DNA from: an uncultured delta proteobacterium
GTDB lineage: Bacteria > Myxococcota > Myxococcia > Myxococcales > Anaeromyxobacteraceae
Direction: 5' to 3'
NCBI GenBank assembly: GCA_963814585.1
Contig: CAWFDF010000011.1
Location: 192,001 to 256,000, forward strand
DNA: 64,000 nucleotides
Shown here: positions 20,436-32,450 of the stretch, piece by piece
How the letters are laid out: each line of letters starts with the position of its first letter
Numbering within the stretch: the first letter of the stretch is position 1
The notes under the pieces: generated by a model
Seen by the model: the letters and a program-made list of their open reading frames with translations, nothing else
Database searches by the model: none
What the model was told of the DNA's origin: nothing
Position numbers and translations under genes: made by a program

Positions 20436-21352
20436 GGGGCGGTCTCCGGCGCCAGCTGGGGCGCCCGCGGGTGGGCCGGCGCCGGGACCGAGGCGCCGCG
20501 CGGTCCGAGCAGGAAGAAGAGCGTGAGCTGGTTGGCGAGCAGGGCGGCGCCGACGGCGAGGTGGAGGGCCACGATGGGGAGCGCGACGTAGCTGGCGACG
20601 GTGAGCAGCCCCAGCGTCACCTGCGCCGCACCCAGCACCGGCCCGAGCGCGGCCAGCCGGCGCCGGATGGGCGGGCCGCCGGCGGCCTGTCGCCAGGTCC
20701 GCAGCGCCGAGACGGCCACCAGCCCCGCCACCGCGTAGCCGAGGAGCCGGTGCGCCATGTGGACCTGCGCCGGTCCCCAGGACGGCCAGGCAATCCCCTC
20801 GCAGAGGACGAGGTCGGTGCCGCAGGCGAGCGCCGAGCCGGTGTGGCGGACCAGGGCTCCGACCACGATCTGCGCGTAGATGGCTGCCGCGGTCAGGCCG
20901 ACCAGCCCGCGGTCGACCGGCGCCGCCCGGGGGGCCGCCGGGCGCAGCCGGTGGGCGAGGTAGAGGAGGAGCGAGAAGAAGGCCATCGAGGTGGCCAGGT
21001 GGCTCGCCGAGACCAGGAGCGGCAGCCTGTAGACGACGGTGATGGCCCCGAGCGAGGCCTGCACGCCCACCAGGGCCACGGCGGCGAGCGAGAGCCAGCG
21101 CAGCTCGCGCTCGCGCCGGGCGAGGTGGACCACCACCGCCAGCGCCACGGTGAGGACGGAGACGCCGAGCGCCGCCAGCCGGTGGCCGTGCTCGTAGAGG
21201 ATGCCCCCCTGCATGGGCGGGAAGACCATGCCATTGCACAGCGGCCAGTCGGGGCAGGCCAGCGACGAGCCGGTCGGGTGGACCAGCCCCCCGATGACCA
21301 GGAGCAGGAAGGTGGCCGCGGCGGTGGCGGTGGCGAAGCGGTACTCGCGCAT
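20432..21352 (-). CDS. ctaA: Heme A synthase (COX15/CtaA)
   Basis: GSSLACPDWPLCNG, EHGHRLAA, GALVRH, HMAHR. Confidence 0.92.
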   Translation of the reverse strand: MREYRFATATAAATFLLLVIGGLVHPTGSSLACPDWPLCNGMVFPPMQGGILYEHGHRLAALGVSVLTVALAVVVHLARRERELRWLSLAAVALVGVQASLGAITVVYRLPLLVSASHLATSMAFFSLLLYLAHRLRPAAPRAAPVDRGLVGLTAAAIYAQIVVGALVRHTGSALACGTDLVLCEGIAWPSWGPAQVHMAHRLLGYAVAGLVAVSALRTWRQAAGGPPIRRRLAALGPVLGAAQVTLGLLTVASYVALPIVALHLAVGAALLANQLTLFFLLGPRGASVPAPAHPRAPQLAPETAP

Positions 21353-21455
21353 GGTGCGTCCGGGATATAGGAGTGGACCAGCCGGGGGTCAACGGAGGTT
21401 TCAGGTGCCGGGCGGGTCGGCCTCGACTCCCCCACCCCGGGCCAGCGAGGCTCCC

Positions 21456-22121
21456 ATGTCCATCCGCTCCGCCGCCACCGCCCTGTGCCTGCTCCTCGCC
21501 CCGCCGCCCGTCCCGGCCGGGGAGGTTCGGGGCCAGGTCCGCTGGAGCGCGCCGCCGCCCCCCCCGGCGACCGTGGAGACCGACCGCGACCGGTCGGTCT
21601 GCGGACCGGCGGTGGCCGAGGAGTCGGTGCTGGTGTCCGGCGGAGGCCTGGAGAACGTGGTGGTCCGGATCGAGGTCCCCGGGACCAGGGCCGAGCCCCG
21701 CACGCTGGTGCTGGACCAGCAGGGGTGCCGGTACCGGCCGCGGGTCCAGGTGGCCGCCCCCGGCTCGACGCTGGAGCTTCGCAACGGCGACCCGGTGCTG
21801 CACAACGTCCACGGCTACCTGGGCGCCGCGACCGCCTTCAACGTGCCCATGCCGACGCCGGGCGGGAAGTCGCCGCGGCTGCTGGCGCGCCCGGGCGTCA
21901 TCCGCATCGCCTGCGACGTGCACGCCTGGATGAGCGCCACGGTCCTGGTGACCGAGACGCCGCACGTGGTGGTGACCGGGGCCGGGGGGCGCTTCGAGCT
22001 GAAGGCGCTCCCGGCCGGCTCCTGGCAGGCGGTGGCCTGGCACGAGAAGCACGGCGAGAGGCGGGTGGTGGTCGAGGTGCCCGCCACCGGGGCGGTGGAG
22101 CTGGCGTTCAGCTATCCCTGA
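21456..22121 (+). CDS. Secreted cupredoxin-like/carboxypeptidase-regulatory-like protein
   Basis: Signal peptide; LDQQGCRYRPRV, NGDPVLHNVH, CDVHAWM. Confidence 0.75.
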   Translation: MSIRSAATALCLLLAPPPVPAGEVRGQVRWSAPPPPPATVETDRDRSVCGPAVAEESVLVSGGGLENVVVRIEVPGTRAEPRTLVLDQQGCRYRPRVQVAAPGSTLELRNGDPVLHNVHGYLGAATAFNVPMPTPGGKSPRLLARPGVIRIACDVHAWMSATVLVTETPHVVVTGAGGRFELKALPAGSWQAVAWHEKHGERRVVVEVPATGAVELAFSYP

Positions 22122-22148
22122 GCCACGCCGGGGAGGGACGGCGGGGCA

Positions 22149-22403
22149 CTAGTCGTCATCATCGTCGTCGTCATCGTCGTCGTCGAGCTCCTCGTCGACC
22201 TCCAGCTCCTCGTCGACCTCGGGCACGACCGGCTCGACCGGCTTGGCGGCGCGCGAGCGCTTCTCCGGCGGCGCCTTGAGCGCCGGGCTCTCGCGCTGGT
22301 CCGCCCGGCACTTGGGGCAGACCGGGACGGGCTTCTTGAGATCGTAGAACTTGGTCGAGCACTTGTAACAGGTGTGCTTGGAGCCGAGGTCCTTCGCAGG
22401 CAT
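22149..22403 (-). CDS. FYDLN acid-domain (TIGR02300-like) protein
   Basis: LGSKHTCYKCSTKFYDLKKPVPVCPKC plus a poly-Asp tail. Confidence 0.88.
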   Translation of the reverse strand: MPAKDLGSKHTCYKCSTKFYDLKKPVPVCPKCRADQRESPALKAPPEKRSRAAKPVEPVVPEVDEELEVDEELDDDDDDDDDDD

Positions 22404-22508
22404 GATTCCCCTCGCGGTGGCGGAGCATGGCGCCTTTAGCGTGGCGTGGAGGCTCGCGTCAAAGGAAAAGCGAGGCGCCGGTCCGGCGCGAAGGGACGGG
22501 ATGGGCCG

Positions 22509-23366
22509 ATGGTGGACGTGGAGAGGCTGGAGCGGAGGATCATCCGGGACACGGCGAGAGCCATCGCCGACTTCTCCCTCATCGGCGAGGGGGACCGGAT
22601 CCTGGTGGCCTGCTCGGGTGGGAAGGACAGCTACACGCTGCTCCACGTGCTCCTGCGATTGCAGGAGCGGGCCCCCATCGACTTCTCGCTGGTGGCCGTC
22701 AACCTCGACCAGGGGCAGCCCGGCTTCCCGGGCCACGTCATCGAGGAGCACTTCAAGGCCGTCGGCGTCCCCTACCGGATGGTGAGGCGCGACCTCTGGG
22801 CCCAGGTGCAGCGGCTGGTCCCCGAGGGCAAGACCGCCTGCTCGGTCTGCTCCCGCTTCCGCCGCGCCGCCCTCTACGACGTGGCCGTGGAGCTGGGCTG
22901 CACGCGAATCGCCCTCGGCCACCACCGCGACGACTTCGTGGAGACGCTGCTGCTCAACGCGCTCTACGCGGGGTCGCTCAAGGCCATGCCGGCGCTGCTG
23001 CGGTCCGACGACGGCCGCAACACGGTGATCCGCCCGCTCTGCTACGCCCCCGAGGAGGAGATCGCCGCGTTCGCCGCGGCCAGGCGCTTCCCCATCGTCC
23101 CCTGCAGCGCCTGCGGCAGCCAGCCCCACCTGCGGCGCAAGCGGGTGAAGGCCCTGCTGGCCGAGCTCTCCAGCGAGCACCCATCGGTGAAGGCCAACCT
23201 GCTCAACGCCCTCGGCCACGTCGTCCCGGCGCACCTGCTCGACCGTGACCTGCTGGCCCGCCTCTCCACGGCCAGCGGCGGCGACCCCTGGATCGACGCC
23301 GAGGAGGAGCGCCCCCCCGACGTCGTCGCGGCGGACCTCCTGGTCCGTCCGATGGGAGCCGGGTGA
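22509..23366 (+). CDS. ttcA: tRNA 2-thiocytidine(32) synthetase
   Basis: SGGKDS PP-loop, NLDQGQPGFP, CSVCSRFRR, GHHRDD, CSACGSQ. Confidence 0.93.
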   Translation: MVDVERLERRIIRDTARAIADFSLIGEGDRILVACSGGKDSYTLLHVLLRLQERAPIDFSLVAVNLDQGQPGFPGHVIEEHFKAVGVPYRMVRRDLWAQVQRLVPEGKTACSVCSRFRRAALYDVAVELGCTRIALGHHRDDFVETLLLNALYAGSLKAMPALLRSDDGRNTVIRPLCYAPEEEIAAFAAARRFPIVPCSACGSQPHLRRKRVKALLAELSSEHPSVKANLLNALGHVVPAHLLDRDLLARLSTASGGDPWIDAEEERPPDVVAADLLVRPMGAG

Positions 23367-24043
23367 GCCCCGCGGCGAGGCGGCCGGGGTCGCGCCGCGA
23401 GCTGGCCGCGTTCATCGACCACACCGTGCTCGCCGAGTCGGCGACCGCGGCGCAGGTGGCACAGGCCTGCGAGGAGGCGCGCCAGCACGGCTTCGCCGCG
23501 GTCTGCGTCCGCGGCGTCCACGTCGCCGAGGCGCGGCGCCGGCTGACCGGAACTCCGGTCGAGGTGGCGGCGGTGGTGGACTTCCCGCTCGGCGAGGCCT
23601 CGACCACGGCGCGCGTGGAGGAGGCCGTCGCGCTGGTGGCGGCCGGGGCGGGCGAGCTGGACCTGGTGGCGCCGCTCCCGGCGCTGCTGGCCGAGCGCTG
23701 GGAGGCGGTCTTCGGCGACCTGCGCGCGGTGGTGGCGGCGGTGCCGGTGCCGGTCAAGGTGATCCTCGAGACCGGCGCCCTCGATCGCGACCGGATCGCG
23801 GCCGGGGCGGCGCTGGCGCGGGCCGCCGGCGCGGCCTGGCTCAAGACCTCCACCGGCTTCGGCCGCGGCGGGGCCACGGTGGAGGCGGTGGCGCTGCTGC
23901 GCGCGGTGGCCGGCGGCGCGCTGGGCGTGAAGGCCTCCGGCGGGGTCCGGACCACCGAGCAGGCGCTCGCCCTGATCGAGGCCGGGGCCAGCCGGCTGGG
24001 GGCGTCGGCGTCGCTGGCCATCCTGGCCGGCTGGCGCGACTGA
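23363..24043 (+). CDS. deoC: Deoxyribose-phosphate aldolase
   Basis: IDHTVL, VKVILET, KTSTGF, VKASGGVR. Confidence 0.95.
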   Translation: MSPAARRPGSRRELAAFIDHTVLAESATAAQVAQACEEARQHGFAAVCVRGVHVAEARRRLTGTPVEVAAVVDFPLGEASTTARVEEAVALVAAGAGELDLVAPLPALLAERWEAVFGDLRAVVAAVPVPVKVILETGALDRDRIAAGAALARAAGAAWLKTSTGFGRGGATVEAVALLRAVAGGALGVKASGGVRTTEQALALIEAGASRLGASASLAILAGWRD

Positions 24044-24127
24044 GGGCCCGGCGGGAGGCCCGCGGGGCGGCGAGACCCGGCGCCCCTCGCCTGGGCCCGC
24101 CGCAGCGGGCTCGAGGGCGTGGCGCCA

Positions 24128-24541
24128 TCAAGGCTTCGGGGGGCAGGTCTCCAGGCTGAGCAGCACCGGGCCCTTGGCCGGCAGGATGACCTTGGTCTCG
24201 GGGGAGCAGAGGGCGCCGGCCCTGGCGGAGACGACGATCAGGCCGGCCGGCCCCTTGCCGACGCCGGCCGGGTCCGGCTTGCTGCCGCCGATCCCCGAGA
24301 CCATGAGCCAGAACCGCCCGGTCTCGTCGGTGGTCTGGCTGCCGGCCACCTCCCTGGCGCCGGAGACCGTCACCACGGCGCCGGCGACCACGGCGCCGCC
24401 GGCGAGACGCCGCGCCTCCCCGACGACCTCGTAGGTGTGGCGGGAGGGGTCGGGGTCCTCACCGGCCGGCAGCTTGAACGCCGAGCAGCCAGCGGTGGTG
24501 GCGAGCGCGGCGAGCAGCAGCAGGTGGTCGGGGCGTGGCAT
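24128..24541 (-). CDS. Hypothetical lipoprotein
   Basis: MPRPDHLLLLAALATTAGC lipobox; beta-rich mature region. Confidence 0.65.
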   Translation of the reverse strand: MPRPDHLLLLAALATTAGCSAFKLPAGEDPDPSRHTYEVVGEARRLAGGAVVAGAVVTVSGAREVAGSQTTDETGRFWLMVSGIGGSKPDPAGVGKGPAGLIVVSARAGALCSPETKVILPAKGPVLLSLETCPPKP

Positions 24542-24608
24542 GGGGGGAAGCGTGACACGCCCGCCGCCCCGGCGCCACGGCCTCCGGTGGGGCGCGGGAC
24601 CACCCGCC

Positions 24609-25760
24609 TCAGCGGCCTGGGGGCGGCCCCACCTCGGCGGTCCAGCGGGTGAGCCCGCCGGCGAGGTGCCAGACCCGGGTGAAGCCGGCGTCGAGGAGCC
24701 GCCTCGCCGCCGTGGCGCTGCGCTGGCCCACCTGGCAGTAGAGCACGAGGTCCCGGTCACGCGGCAGGTCGGCGACGTGGACCTCGAGCTCGGAGAGCGG
24801 CGCCAGCCGGGCCCCGGGCAGCCGCGTGCGCAGCCACTCGTGCCGCTCGCGCACGTCCACCAGCTCGATGGGCGCCCTCGACGCCAGCAGCGCCGCCAGC
24901 TCGCCGGGCGTGTACTCGGCCACCTGGCCCGGACCAGGCCTGGCCGGGCCGGCGCAGAACGCCTCGTGGTCGGGCAGCTCCCGCAGCGTCCGCGTCCCGC
25001 AGGCCGGGCAGGCCGGATCGCGGGTCAGCCTGAGCGACTGGAAGCGCATGCCGAGCGCGTCGACCAGCAGCAGCCTCCCGACGAGCGGCTCGCCGATCCC
25101 GAGGATCAGCTTGATCGCCTCGGTGGCCTGGATGACCCCGAGCAGGCCGGGGAGCACCCCGAGGACGCCCCCCTCGGCGCAGGAGGGGACCAGCCCGGGC
25201 GGTGGTGGCTCGGGGTGGAGGCAGCGGTAGCAGGGGCCGTCGGCGGTGGCGAAGATCGAGGCCTGTCCCTCGAAGCGGAAGATCGAGGCATAGACGTTGG
25301 GCCGGCCGGCCAGGACGCAGGCGTCGTTGACGAGGTAGCGGGTGGCGAAGTTGTCGGTCCCGTCGACCACCAGGTCGTGGGCGCCGACCAGCTCGAGCGC
25401 GTTCGATCGGTCGAGCCGCACGGGGTGGAGCTCGACCTGGACGTTGGGGTTGAGGTCGATCAGCCGGTCGCGGGCCGCGTCGAGCTTGGCGCGCCCCACG
25501 TCGCGAGTGCCGAAGAGGACCTGGCGCTGCAGGTTGCTGCGGTCGACCTCGTCGAAGTCGCAGAGCCCGAGGTGGCCGACGCCGGCGGCGGCCAGGTAGA
25601 GCGCGGCGGGCGAGCCGAGGCCGCCGGCGCCCACCAGCAGGACGCGCGCCTGCTTGAGCCGGCGCTGCCCCTCGGGGCCGACCTCGGGGAGGACGAGGTG
25701 CCTGCCGTAGCGGAGCAGCTCCTCGTCGGTCAGGGTGGGGAGTTCATCCGGGCCGGACAT
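24609..25760 (-). CDS. moeB: MoeB/ThiF adenylyltransferase with C-terminal rhodanese (MoeZ-like)
   Basis: RYGRHL, GAGGLGS, SNLQRQ, DGTDNF, CYRC/CPAC, rhodanese LYCQVGQRS. Confidence 0.93.
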   Translation of the reverse strand: MSGPDELPTLTDEELLRYGRHLVLPEVGPEGQRRLKQARVLLVGAGGLGSPAALYLAAAGVGHLGLCDFDEVDRSNLQRQVLFGTRDVGRAKLDAARDRLIDLNPNVQVELHPVRLDRSNALELVGAHDLVVDGTDNFATRYLVNDACVLAGRPNVYASIFRFEGQASIFATADGPCYRCLHPEPPPPGLVPSCAEGGVLGVLPGLLGVIQATEAIKLILGIGEPLVGRLLLVDALGMRFQSLRLTRDPACPACGTRTLRELPDHEAFCAGPARPGPGQVAEYTPGELAALLASRAPIELVDVRERHEWLRTRLPGARLAPLSELEVHVADLPRDRDLVLYCQVGQRSATAARRLLDAGFTRVWHLAGGLTRWTAEVGPPPGR

Positions 25761-26313
25761 GGCCGTAGTCTACCGGCCTGGCCGATTCGGCGCTGCGCCC
25801 CGAGGCGCTCCGCACCGGCAGCACCTGGCAGTCGGCGCAGGCAGCGGTGGCGAGGCGAGCCACCGCGTCGGTGGGCGGCGCGCCGCGCCAGGCCGCGAGC
25901 CCCTTGAAGAGCAGGCAGCCGACGCAGATCCCGGTGCCGGCGGCCAGCAGCGCCAGCGCCGCCACCGCGCCGCCCAGCGACAGCGAAACGGCCTGCCAGC
26001 CGAGCGCGCCGGCCAGGGTGGCCGCCGAGAGGAAGGTGAGTCCCACCTGGTTGGCGAAGCGGACCGGCCGGCTGTCCTCGAGCGGTCCCTCGCCGAGGCG
26101 CGGCTGCACCACCTCGAAGTAGAGGACGCAGGCCAGGCACCAGCGCCGCCCCAGCGACAGGCTGAGGAGGAGCTGGAGCGCCACCAGGCCGAAGAGCGGC
26201 CACCAGCCGGTGAGGACGCCGGCCAGGGAGACCAGCCCGACCACGGCCTGGTTGAGCCGGGGGGCCCGGGAGTCGATGACCTGGAGATCGCGGTAGGGGT
26301 GGGCGACGGGCAT
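25744..26313 (-). CDS. DUF4395 family membrane protein
   Basis: IDSRAPRLNQ, EDSRPVRFANQVG, GICVGC. Confidence 0.85.
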   Translation of the reverse strand: MPVAHPYRDLQVIDSRAPRLNQAVVGLVSLAGVLTGWWPLFGLVALQLLLSLSLGRRWCLACVLYFEVVQPRLGEGPLEDSRPVRFANQVGLTFLSAATLAGALGWQAVSLSLGGAVAALALLAAGTGICVGCLLFKGLAAWRGAPPTDAVARLATAACADCQVLPVRSASGRSAESARPVDYGHVRPG

Positions 26314-26332
26314 GGCGTGGCTCCTCGCCGGG

Positions 26333-27301
<969 letters not shown>

Positions 27302-27361
27302 GGAGGCCTCGGTGGCTCGGGTGGGCGGGGCGCGGCAGGCGACCCAGGGCTCGAGCGATGT

Positions 27362-27394
27362 GTCCGCTATAGCGGAGGGAAACCTTCCGTGCAA
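27362..27394 (-). promoter_or_regulatory. cysK promoter TTGCAC-N17-TATAGC with overlapping palindromic operator
   Basis: Perfect 14-bp palindrome TCCGCTATAGCGGA (27363-27376) centred on the -10. Confidence 0.75.
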
Positions 27395-27473
27395 GGGGAT
27401 CATCCTGGCCGCGGCGTGCAGGGGCCACGAAATCTGGAGAAAAGCGAGTATTTGCGGGTGAGCGGACCTGGAG

Positions 27474-27507
27474 TTGCGCGCCGCCGTCGGTTCCGCTAAA
27501 GCGGAAC
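27474..27507 (+). promoter_or_regulatory. metB-like promoter TTGCGC-N17-TAAAGC with overlapping palindromic operator
   Basis: GTTCCGCTAAAGCGGAAC (27490-27507), an 18-bp palindrome with one central mismatch. Confidence 0.75.
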
Positions 27508-27603
27508 ACCCGCTGACGCCCCGCCCGGCCCGGACGGGCTCCGCTGCGCACCGCCACCGCCCCGAACCGCCGTCCCCGCCCACTGCCACCGCCGAAGGCG
27601 ACC

Positions 27604-28884
27604 ATGACCGAAGACCAGCACCTCGACGCCAACGTCCCCGGGAACCCCGCCTACCACTTCACCATCCTGCCGGCCGGCTCGCCCGGCCGGGTGGGCTGGG
27701 CCCGGCGCGCGGCGCTGGTCCCCGGGGCCGGGCTGGCCACCCGCTGCGTCCACGCCGGCGTCCAGCCCGACCCGGCCTACGGCGCGGTGATGCCGCCCAT
27801 CTACCTCTCCTCCACCTTCGCCTTCCGCGACGTCTGCACCAACGCCGGCTACGACTACACCAGGAGCGGCAACCCGACCCGCGCGGCGCTGGAGGAGGCC
27901 ATCGCGCAGCTGGAGGGAGGCAGCGGCGCCACCTGCACCACCACCGGCATGGCGGCGGTGACGCTGGTGCTCAACCTGCTCCCGGCCGGGAGCCACATCC
28001 TCGCCACCATCGACTGCTACGGCGGCACCTTCCGGACGCTGGAGCACCTCAAGGTCGCGGCCGGCCTCAAGGTCACCTACCTCGATCTCGCAGACCTGGC
28101 GGCGGTCCGGGAGGCGCTCGCGCGGGAGACGGCGCTGGTCTGGATCGAGACGCCCTCCAACCCGCTGCTGCGGCTCACCGACATCGCGGCGGTGGCGGCG
28201 CTGGCGAAGGCCCGAGGCGCGCTCACCGTGGTGGACAACACCTTCCTCTCCCCGGTGCTGCAGCGCCCCTTCGAGCACGGCGCGGATCTCGTGGTCCACT
28301 CCACCACCAAGTACCTGAACGGCCACTCCGACGTGGTGGGCGGCGCGGTGGTGGCGGCCCCGGGGCGGACCGCGCTCCTGCAGCGGATCCAGTCGATGAA
28401 CAACCTGCTCGGCACCTCGCAGAGCCCGCACGACTGCTTCCTGGTGCTGCGCGGCCTGAAGACCCTGCTGCTCCGCATGAGGGCCCACGAGGCCGGCGCG
28501 CAGCGCGTGGCCCAGTTCCTGGCGGCCCACCCGGCCGTCGACGAGGTCTTCTACCCAGGCCTGCCGGGCCACCCGCAGCACGCCCTGGCGAAGCGGCAGC
28601 AGGACGGCTTCGGCGGCATGCTCAGCTTCGAGCTGAAGAACGGGACGCCGGGGCGGGTCAACCACGTGCTGCGGACGCTGCGCTGGTTCACCCTGGCCGA
28701 GAGCCTGGGCGGCGTGGAGAGCCTGGTGGCCCACCCGGCCTCGATGACCCACGCCTCGATGACCCCCGAGGCGCGGGCCCGGGCCGGCATCACCGACAGC
28801 GTCATCCGGCTCTCGGTCGGCATCGAGGCCCCGGATGATCTGATCGCGGACCTGAAGGAGACGCTGGACTCGCTGCCGGGGTAG
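27604..28884 (+). CDS. metB: Cystathionine gamma-synthase/lyase (trans-sulfuration PLP enzyme)
   Basis: [41 protein letters not shown]; synthase versus lyase specificity not resolvable by eye. Confidence 0.85.
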   Translation: MTEDQHLDANVPGNPAYHFTILPAGSPGRVGWARRAALVPGAGLATRCVHAGVQPDPAYGAVMPPIYLSSTFAFRDVCTNAGYDYTRSGNPTRAALEEAIAQLEGGSGATCTTTGMAAVTLVLNLLPAGSHILATIDCYGGTFRTLEHLKVAAGLKVTYLDLADLAAVREALARETALVWIETPSNPLLRLTDIAAVAALAKARGALTVVDNTFLSPVLQRPFEHGADLVVHSTTKYLNGHSDVVGGAVVAAPGRTALLQRIQSMNNLLGTSQSPHDCFLVLRGLKTLLLRMRAHEAGAQRVAQFLAAHPAVDEVFYPGLPGHPQHALAKRQQDGFGGMLSFELKNGTPGRVNHVLRTLRWFTLAESLGGVESLVAHPASMTHASMTPEARARAGITDSVIRLSVGIEAPDDLIADLKETLDSLPG

Positions 28885-29091
28885 GGACCGGGACGAGGAT
28901 CGGCGCCTCCGGCGGCGTCGCCGGGTTCACCGGCGGCGCTCAGCGATCGGTGCGCCCGAGGCGTTGCCAGAGCAGGGTCGCCTCGAGCGGCAACCTGCCG
29001 AGCTCCAGCTCGACGGCGCCTCCCCCATTCGCGAAGTCTGACGTCAGAACTCGCGAAAGAGGGACCTCGGCCGGGTGGGTGTCTGCCGCCC

Positions 29092-30478
<1,387 letters not shown>

Positions 30479-30602
30479 GCTGCAATTGAATACCGGCGGG
30501 TCGTCTCCCCCGCACGGACGATCATCCGCGATGGCAGACAGACCGCGGCCCGGCCGGTCGAGGGGCTTCCGCTCCCCCGGGGTTCCGGTAGATTCGGCCT
30601 CG

Positions 30603-32411
30603 ATGCCACACCTCCGACCCCAGCCCCGCTCCGTGGGGGAGCTCTTCCTCGACCGGGTCGGCCAGACTCCCGACGCGCTCGCCTTCACCTACCCGGAGGG
30701 CCCGGCCTGGAAGAAGCTCACCTGGGCGGGCACCGAGGCGCGAGTGCGGGCCATCGCCAGCGGCCTGCGCGCCATCGGCCTCGAGCGCGAGGACGTGGCC
30801 GCCATCCTGGCCGGAACGCGGATCGAGTGGGTGCTGGCCGACCTCGGGGTCCTCTGCGCCGGCGGCGCCACCTCCACCATCTACCCGTCCTCCACCGCCG
30901 AGGAGTGCGCCTACATCCTGGCCGACTCGGCCGCCGCGGTCTGCTTCGCCGAGAACGAGGAGCAGGTGGCCAAGCTGCTCGGCCACCGCACCCGGCTCCC
31001 GGCGCTGACCAAGGTCGTGGTCTTCGACGGCGCCGCCTCGCCCGACGGCTTCGTCATGCCGCTCAGCGCCCTCGAGGACCTGGGGCGCGCCCACGATGGC
31101 TCCCACCCCGGCGAGTTCGAGGAGACCTGTGCGGCCGTCGAGGGCGACTCGCTGGCCACGCTGATCTACACGTCCGGGACCACCGGGCCGCCCAAGGGCG
31201 TCGAGCTGACCCACGCCTGCTGGGTGGAGCAGTCGGCCTCGATCGAGGAGTCGGGCATCCTCGACCACCCGGATGCCTCCCAGCTCTTCTGGCTTCCGCT
31301 GGCCCACAGCTTCGGCAAGATGATCGGCACGGCCCAGCTGCGCATCGGCTTCCCGACCGTGGTGGACGGACGCGTCGAGAAGCTGGTGGAGAACCTGGGC
31401 CGGTTCCGGCCGACCTTCGTCTGCGCCGTCCCGCGCATCTTCGAGAAGGTCCACGCCAAGGTGGTGCTCGGCGCCACCGACCAGGGCGGCCCGAGGGCCG
31501 CTCTCTTCAGGTGGGCCATCGAGGTCGGGCTGACGGTCTCGCGCAAGCGGCGCGAGGGGGAGGCGCCCGGGCCGATGCTGGAGGCGCGCTACCGGCTGGC
31601 CGACCGGCTGGTGTTCCGCAAGGTGCGCCAGCTCTTCGGCGGGCGGCTCAAGTTCTTCATCTCCGGCTCGGCGCCGCTCTCCCGCGAGGTGGCCGAGTTC
31701 TTCGACGCCATGGGGGTCGTCATCCTCGAGGGCTACGGCCTCACCGAGTCGTCGGCCGCCACCCACTGCAACCTGCCCTGGAACCGGAGGATCGGCACGG
31801 TCGGGCCGGCCCTGCCCGGCGTCGAGGTGCGGCTGGGACCCGACGGCGAGGTCCTCATGCGCGGGCCGTGGATCATGCGCGGCTACCGTGGCCGGGCCGA
31901 CGCCACCGCCGAGGCGCTCGACGGCGAGGGGTGGCTCCACACCGGCGACGTGGGGGTCCTCGACGAGCAGGGCCGGCTCTCCATCACCGACCGGAAGAAG
32001 GACCTGATCAAGACCTCGGGCGGGAAGTACGTCGCCCCCACCGAGCTGGAGAACCGGCTCAAGGCCGCCACGCCCCTGATCTCGCAGGTGCTGGTTCACG
32101 GTGACCAGCGCGTCCACGTCACCGCGCTGGTGACGCTCGACCCCGAGGCGCTGCGGCGGCTCTCCGCGCAGCGCACGCTGGGCGATCTCAGCGGTGAGCA
32201 GGCGGCCGCGCACCTGGTGGTCCACCAGCAGGTGCAGCTCGCCGTCGACCAGGTGAACGCCGGCCTGCCGCGCTACGCCGCCATCCGGCGCTTCGCCATC
32301 CTGCCGCGCGAGTTCGGCGAGGCGGAGGGCGAGGTGACGCCGTCGCAGAAGCTGAAGCGCAGGGTGATCGAGCAGCGCTACCGGGCCCAGCTCGACGCCC
32401 TGTACCGGTAG
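30603..32411 (+). CDS. Long-chain fatty acid-CoA ligase
   Basis: IYTSGTTGPPKG, EGYGLTE, WLHTGDVG, DRKKDLIKTSGGKYVAP. Confidence 0.93.
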   Translation: MPHLRPQPRSVGELFLDRVGQTPDALAFTYPEGPAWKKLTWAGTEARVRAIASGLRAIGLEREDVAAILAGTRIEWVLADLGVLCAGGATSTIYPSSTAEECAYILADSAAAVCFAENEEQVAKLLGHRTRLPALTKVVVFDGAASPDGFVMPLSALEDLGRAHDGSHPGEFEETCAAVEGDSLATLIYTSGTTGPPKGVELTHACWVEQSASIEESGILDHPDASQLFWLPLAHSFGKMIGTAQLRIGFPTVVDGRVEKLVENLGRFRPTFVCAVPRIFEKVHAKVVLGATDQGGPRAALFRWAIEVGLTVSRKRREGEAPGPMLEARYRLADRLVFRKVRQLFGGRLKFFISGSAPLSREVAEFFDAMGVVILEGYGLTESSAATHCNLPWNRRIGTVGPALPGVEVRLGPDGEVLMRGPWIMRGYRGRADATAEALDGEGWLHTGDVGVLDEQGRLSITDRKKDLIKTSGGKYVAPTELENRLKAATPLISQVLVHGDQRVHVTALVTLDPEALRRLSAQRTLGDLSGEQAAAHLVVHQQVQLAVDQVNAGLPRYAAIRRFAILPREFGEAEGEVTPSQKLKRRVIEQRYRAQLDALYR

Positions 32412-32450
32412 TCCCCGGCCCCTGCCGGCACCGGCGGCCGCGCGGGGGAG

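Noticed and set aside
22152..22184. (GAC/GAT)n trinucleotide repeat
   Set aside because: Simply encodes the poly-Asp tail of the FYDLN protein
27508..27603. SAM or other riboswitch in the metB-like leader
   Set aside because: C-rich leader with no recognisable SAM-I/II core
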